A DNA stretch of 64,000 bases from the NCBI RefSeq assembly GCF_040938485.1, contig NW_027270929.1:930001-994000 (forward strand), read 5' to 3'. The DNA is from Diadema antillarum (lineage: Eukaryota). This document shows, one piece after another, positions 60,101-64,000 of this stretch. Made by a program: the position numbers and the translations under genes. The notes beneath the pieces were generated by a model, which ran no database searches, was not told the DNA's origin, and saw nothing but the letters and a program-made list of their open reading frames with translations. Each line of letters begins with the position of its first letter. Positions within the stretch are counted from its first letter, which is position 1.

Positions 60101-63100
60101 AACAATTGATTAATCTCTTTGATACAAAAGCACAGGTTATCACCTAATATCATGAATTAGCTAAAATCAGGGAGGTGTGGGACACCTCCCTCGCTGAATG
60201 AAGATAGCTCTACATTCCATGAGCTATAGAACAACAAAGAACATGGATAAATTTGAGTGACTGACCTGAAAGATTGGAACAATACAGTGGAAATACATTG
60301 TGTTATGATACATAATGTGGTGTATGGTGACTTTCTATACAACATAATATGCACAGTGGACCTATCTTTCATACACTGAAACTCACTCTGGGGAAAATTT
60401 CCTTCTCCGTAATTCCCAATAGGGAACCTGTCATCATAAAACCTAGATGGAATCACTGAATTCGCAATATAAATAAAATGCAAAATTGATGTGTTAGACT
60501 CTCCAGTCGTTGTACAGAGAATAATGTACATACTGAGCCAGTAATACAGAAATATGGAGTATCACATGCTCTGGGAAGTATGCATAAACTTCAAAGTGTG
60601 CCAATGAGAGTGTTCTGGGAAAAAGATCCAGGAAATATACAGTCTATAATTGCATTTAAGTACAATGTAGAATAGATTCCCCCTCCATAGACTTTCCAAT
60701 ACAACTGTTCTAGATCATATGATGGCCATCATGTTCAACCACCAACTTCAAATGCTGCTGATTTTAGTTTTAAAGAGACCAAACATAGACACAGTCATGC
60801 TTCTTCTATGAACAAAAATGATGCCCACTCTAAGTAAATCAAACAAAGAAAAAACACTTCAGAGAAACCCAAGCACAGCATGGCATGGCATTGCTTGGTG
60901 TACTTTATGCTTGCACTGTCAGTTGGCTTCTCTCACACAGTAAAGTAATAAGAAGCAAGAACGTTTTACAAGAAAGTAACAGTGAGACTGTACTGATTTC
61001 CATTTTCAAATTGAAATACAGCAGTAAATTTCCATACACTCTTTCTATATCTGATTCCTAATACAATTGAACCTCTCGTATCCGGACAAGTCGGGACCGG
61101 GGCTCATCCGGATAAGGGATTTGGCCGGATACGGGAGACTCAATGCTTTATACATGTACATAATATACATACACATGTACAGTAGCCCATTGTAGTACCA
61201 CATGTAGTAATGTAACAGACCCCAAAATAGAGGTTCGTGTTTGCAAGAATGAAATAATTTTCTTTTATAAATTCTTGGGATTATTTACCTAAATAACTAT
61301 TAAGAAATGTATCAAGTATATGTAATTCATGTGTGTTTGTGTAGGAGTTCTCAAGGAGTTGGGAATCCCCCTTTCCTCCCGTAATTATTGAAAAAAAAAA
61401 AAAATCACGGCGAGATTGTGTCCATATAATAGAGAGATCCGGATAAAGGGAGGCCGGATAAGAGAGGTTCAATTGTATGACAATTAGCAAATTCAATTTC
61501 ATCTTGGGAAAACAAAAAGACAAAAATAGAGAGGTCAATAGGATCCTTTCCAGGCATAATGCAGGTCTGCTTAAGGGAGGAGGAATGAAAATGAGAGTCC
61601 AACTTACAAGCATGAAGTTTGTAGAGTAGCCTGACGCTGAAGTCGTAGAGTTGACTGGAATCAAGGATGACTGGAATGAGGGGAGAGAGACGGCACTGGC
61701 CCGACGAGGTGCCTGACATTGCCTTGGACAGATCAAATGATCTGAAAACTGAGGGAAAATAGTCATGAAACACGTTGGTTTCAGAAACAGAGCATACCAA
61801 GAGTAGTTCTGAGGTAGAGAGAATCTAGAGTTGGATTCATAAACCTGGAGCAGTCTGGTGGGCCTGAGCGACCTGCATGTACAGTTGTACAGTATGTTTG
61901 AGGAACCTTCAGTCGGTCTAAGGAACTTGGTACAGGTCTTAGGAGCCTAGAGTGTTCTGAGAAACTTTATTGCTGAGAAACTTTGCAAGAGTCTAAGGAA
62001 CCTGGAATAGGTCTTAGGAAATTAAAATGTGCCTGAGAAACGTGGAGAGGGTCTCAGGAACTTGCTTGGGGGGGGGGGGGGGGGGTTGAAGAGCCTGAAA
62101 TGGTTCTCAGGAACCCTTGAGTGGCAATTGTGCTTCTGAGGATCTCCTGCGTAGGTCTGAGAACCTGGAGTCCTTGTGAGGAAACCCCGAGTGGGTTTCA
62201 TTCATTGATTCAAGCATCTGGTTGATACTGCTTGCTAACTATTGCTAGTCACCTGGGTTGAACCACAAGGGGTCGGCATTGTTCACCCATTTTCTTGTGT
62301 GGGTGGGTAGGGGGACCACTTCACTGGGTTAGCACCCTGCTCTTTGTGATGAATAAAAAAATGGAGTGGTTCTGAGGAACCTGGAGTGGATCTGAATAGT
62401 CTTGACTGGTTCTGACAATCTCCCATATGGGTGTGAAATCCTCAAGTGGTTCTACAGAATTTGGAGTGGTTTGGGGCAACCTCCAATGACCTACTAGGTT
62501 GCTGAAGGAGAAATAAAGTACCCTAAAATGTAATTACATCTATAAACCAGCACATTACATTGCATGAAGTTTTACAATACTGCTGAGTCACACCCCACTA
62601 TCATAACCCCCAAGGACAGCCACGATATAAAACTGTATGCAAAAATAGCACTTGGCATCAGACACTTACTTCCTGTTTCCAAGGTGATCAGGCCATCCAG
62701 ATAGTCGAATATTTCTACAGAGAGTTGGAAGCTGCAAATAGAGCGAGAGAGCCAAGAATAGCAGAGAAAGTGAGGGATGAGTAGCAAAAAATACAGATTA
62801 TATTACGATGTATATCTCAAAATCATAGCTACTAAATTATTTTTTCCTTTCTCGCAGAAAGAAAAAAAAAAGAAGTCCTTCATTTCTGTCACGGTCAACC
62901 CTTCTCTTTTCCCCTAATTGCACGAACTTTTATGTCCTTGAATTCACAAAGGAAATTTCTGGTAAAATTGCAAACAAAAAAGTTGTCATTTTGCACATTA
63001 CAAAAATTGAAATATTTCATTTAACAAACAAAGAGAAAAACTATTTCTTTTAACCAAACAGAGCATATTCAAACATAATTGTCGTACTTACACCACCAAC

Positions 63101-63483
63101 TCTATTGGGATTAATTTTCATTCACAAAGAAACCACCACATTACTTCTTTGAATGAACAGTGCGCTTATTTAAATGCCAATGAAATTTGGTAACAAATTA
63201 AGTCTTATATCATGGTAAACTTTTGGGGACTATATTAAAAAGTAAAGGAACGGAAAATAAAAGAGAAATAAATACGGGAGGCCACTGATAGCAAAGCAGT
63301 TCATTTGATACTCTCTCTGCTCCTTCCCCTCCCAATTACAGAAAACTACCCAAATTGATAAGGTGACTTCAACCTCACACAAACCAGCTGAGTCACTTAC
63401 TAGTTGTTGATGTCATTCTCACAAATTTTCTCCAGCTCCTTTTCAGGGTCTTGAAGCACAAGGTTGCCCGGTAAGTTGGGGTT
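45101..63483 (-). CDS. HIP1: Huntingtin-interacting protein 1 / HIP1R orthologue (end of ANTH, coiled coil, I/LWEQ-THATCH); 19 exons in window, 5' end outside
   Basis: Minus exons 63483-63401, 62731-62670, 61748-61608, 59110-58977, 58206-58090, 56420-56278, 55858-55693, 54974-54890, 53999-53911, 53138-52964, 52390-52301, 51740-51654, 50794-50687, 48454-48315, 47995-47888, 47309-47157, 46499-46399, 45797-45568, 45273-45101. All GT-AG and phase-consistent. Motifs NPNLPGNL, GQCRLSPLIPVILDSSQLYD, GVKLEVNERILDSCT, RWTEGLLSAAK, KFEELIVCSHEIAASTAQLVAAS and QVRVLELESKLEKERVALAELRKQHYQLAG. Confidence 0.96.
45951..46045. mobile_element. ~90-bp TTAA-flanked mini-MITE, piggyBac-like
   Basis: TTAA|CCTGTTGAGG ... 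CCTCAACAGG|TTAA; homologue at 56856-56948. Confidence 0.65.
48913..49128. mobile_element. TIR element enclosing a degenerate TTAGGG-like tract
   Basis: GACATTTTCTTCTGCGACAATTGCTCC (from 48922) is the inverted match of GGAGCAAATATCGCAGGAGCAAATGTC (49092-49118). The interior is T/G-biased with TTAGGG, TTAAGG, TTAGGT, TTAGGA and ATAGGG. Confidence 0.6.
49290..50582. mobile_element. Array of a 267-bp tRNA-headed repeat (about 2 copies minus, then 3 copies plus), flanked by a 12-bp direct repeat
   Basis: Plus units start at 49773, 50040 and 50307. Each contains GCTCGGTGGTCTAGTGG (A box) ... GGTTCGAATCC-type B box. AAGCTAATATAT lies at 49278-49289 and 50583-50594. Confidence 0.85.
55321..55618. 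mobile_element. TTAA-flanked MITE, Kolobok-like (second family)
   Basis: TTAA|AGGGATGGTATAGT ... ACTGTACCATCCCT|TTAA. Confidence 0.75.
56856..56948. mobile_element. ~90-bp TTAA-flanked mini-MITE, piggyBac-like
   Basis: TTAA|CCCACTGAGG ... CCTCAGAGGG|TTAA. Confidence 0.7.
57055..57265. mobile_element. Family C2 MITE, CpG-intact copy
   Basis: TA|CTGTAAAAC ... GTTTTACAG|TA with internal TTTCGCG/CGCGAA repeats. Confidence 0.75.
57598..58037 (+). mobile_element. Helentron/DINE-like element (related to 25949-26454)
   Basis: Degenerate 5' TTTACTTCATCAAGG...GTTATATTTTC plus (GTTT)n. 3' end CTTGGCGGAGG, hairpin GCGCTCT-CA-AGAGTGC, terminal CTAGTT. Confidence 0.7.
61062..61477. mobile_element. Tc1/mariner (Tigger-like) MITE
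   Basis: TA|CAATTGAACCTCTC ... GAGAGGTTCAATTG|TA with subterminal CCGGATA repeats. Confidence 0.75.
61840..62490. repeat. Highly degenerate ~20-21 bp minisatellite in HIP1 intron
   Basis: Recurrent GTGGTTCTGAGGAACCTGGAG-like units (e.g. 61990-62010, 62101-62116, 62364-62389). Confidence 0.6.
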
Positions 63484-64000
63484 CTGCATTATGTGAAGAA
63501 AAATAGAGAGAAACGATAGAAATAGACACATAAATATGTCATTCTAACAACGCTGTACATAAAACTCCACTGTTTTCAAGTGCATGTTGTATGCCAACAA
63601 CACATAGAACTCTGTCTGTCATACAATTATATGTGACTGCAAAAAAGCTTTCTTCAGCTGGAATTCTTTACACTATTTTCACACTAGAAAGAAGGAGCAA
63701 TTTCTGGATCATCTGCCATTTGAGCATACTATACTACTGTTGCTACAGATGGGTAATATCATTAAAATGTTGGATAAACATCAGATGTTTTCCTTTGAGT
63801 AACGACTGGCAGTGTTTCTCTTGGGAAAAGTGACAGATGAAAACTGAACAGTACTTATATCAATGTTTACATGACACTCAAACATATACAAACGCATGAC
63901 TACCATGGTAATATGAAGCCTTACTACACAAACATGGGGAATGAATGCTAGCATCAGTCTAGATTTGCAGGACAGACACGACTGATGGCGGTGTCAGACA

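Noticed and set aside
59923-60531. ORFs 59923-60147 (+, 74 aa) and 60157-60531 (-, 124 aa) in a HIP1 intron
   Set aside because: No recognisable domain, splice context or coding-like composition; the lengths are compatible with chance.

Overview
AT-rich, intron-rich eukaryotic genomic DNA, most consistent with an invertebrate deuterostome such as an echinoderm (inference from gene content and repeat style only). Four host genes were reconstructed exon by exon with GT-AG junctions and consistent phases. They are IFT22/RABL5 (+, 6 exons), INO80B (-, 8 exons), DCTPP1 (+, 5 exons, head-to-head with INO80B) and the 3' part of a HIP1/HIP1R orthologue (-, 19 internal exons plus candidate terminal exons; its 5' end lies beyond the window). 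The most striking accessory feature is an apparently complete, intact 5.05-kb DIRS1-type tyrosine-recombinase retrotransposon (34697-39748). It carries gag, RT-RNaseH-methyltransferase and YR ORFs, identical inverted terminal repeats and an internal complementary region. It is inserted into an (AATATC)n tract in the probable last intron of HIP1. Its recombinase ORF has no AUG start but begins at a splice acceptor that is in frame with both gag and the host HIP1 exon. Two unrelated tRNA-headed repeats each form a tandem-then-inverted array; one array is flanked by a 12-bp direct repeat, suggesting insertion in a single event. The window also holds three Helentron/DINE-like elements (one with a ~158-bp satellite array), several TA- and TTAA-flanked MITE families, a telomere-like MITE, a LINE relic and minisatellites. 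There is an N gap at 530-738. No CRISPR array, rRNA or convincing functional tRNA gene was found.
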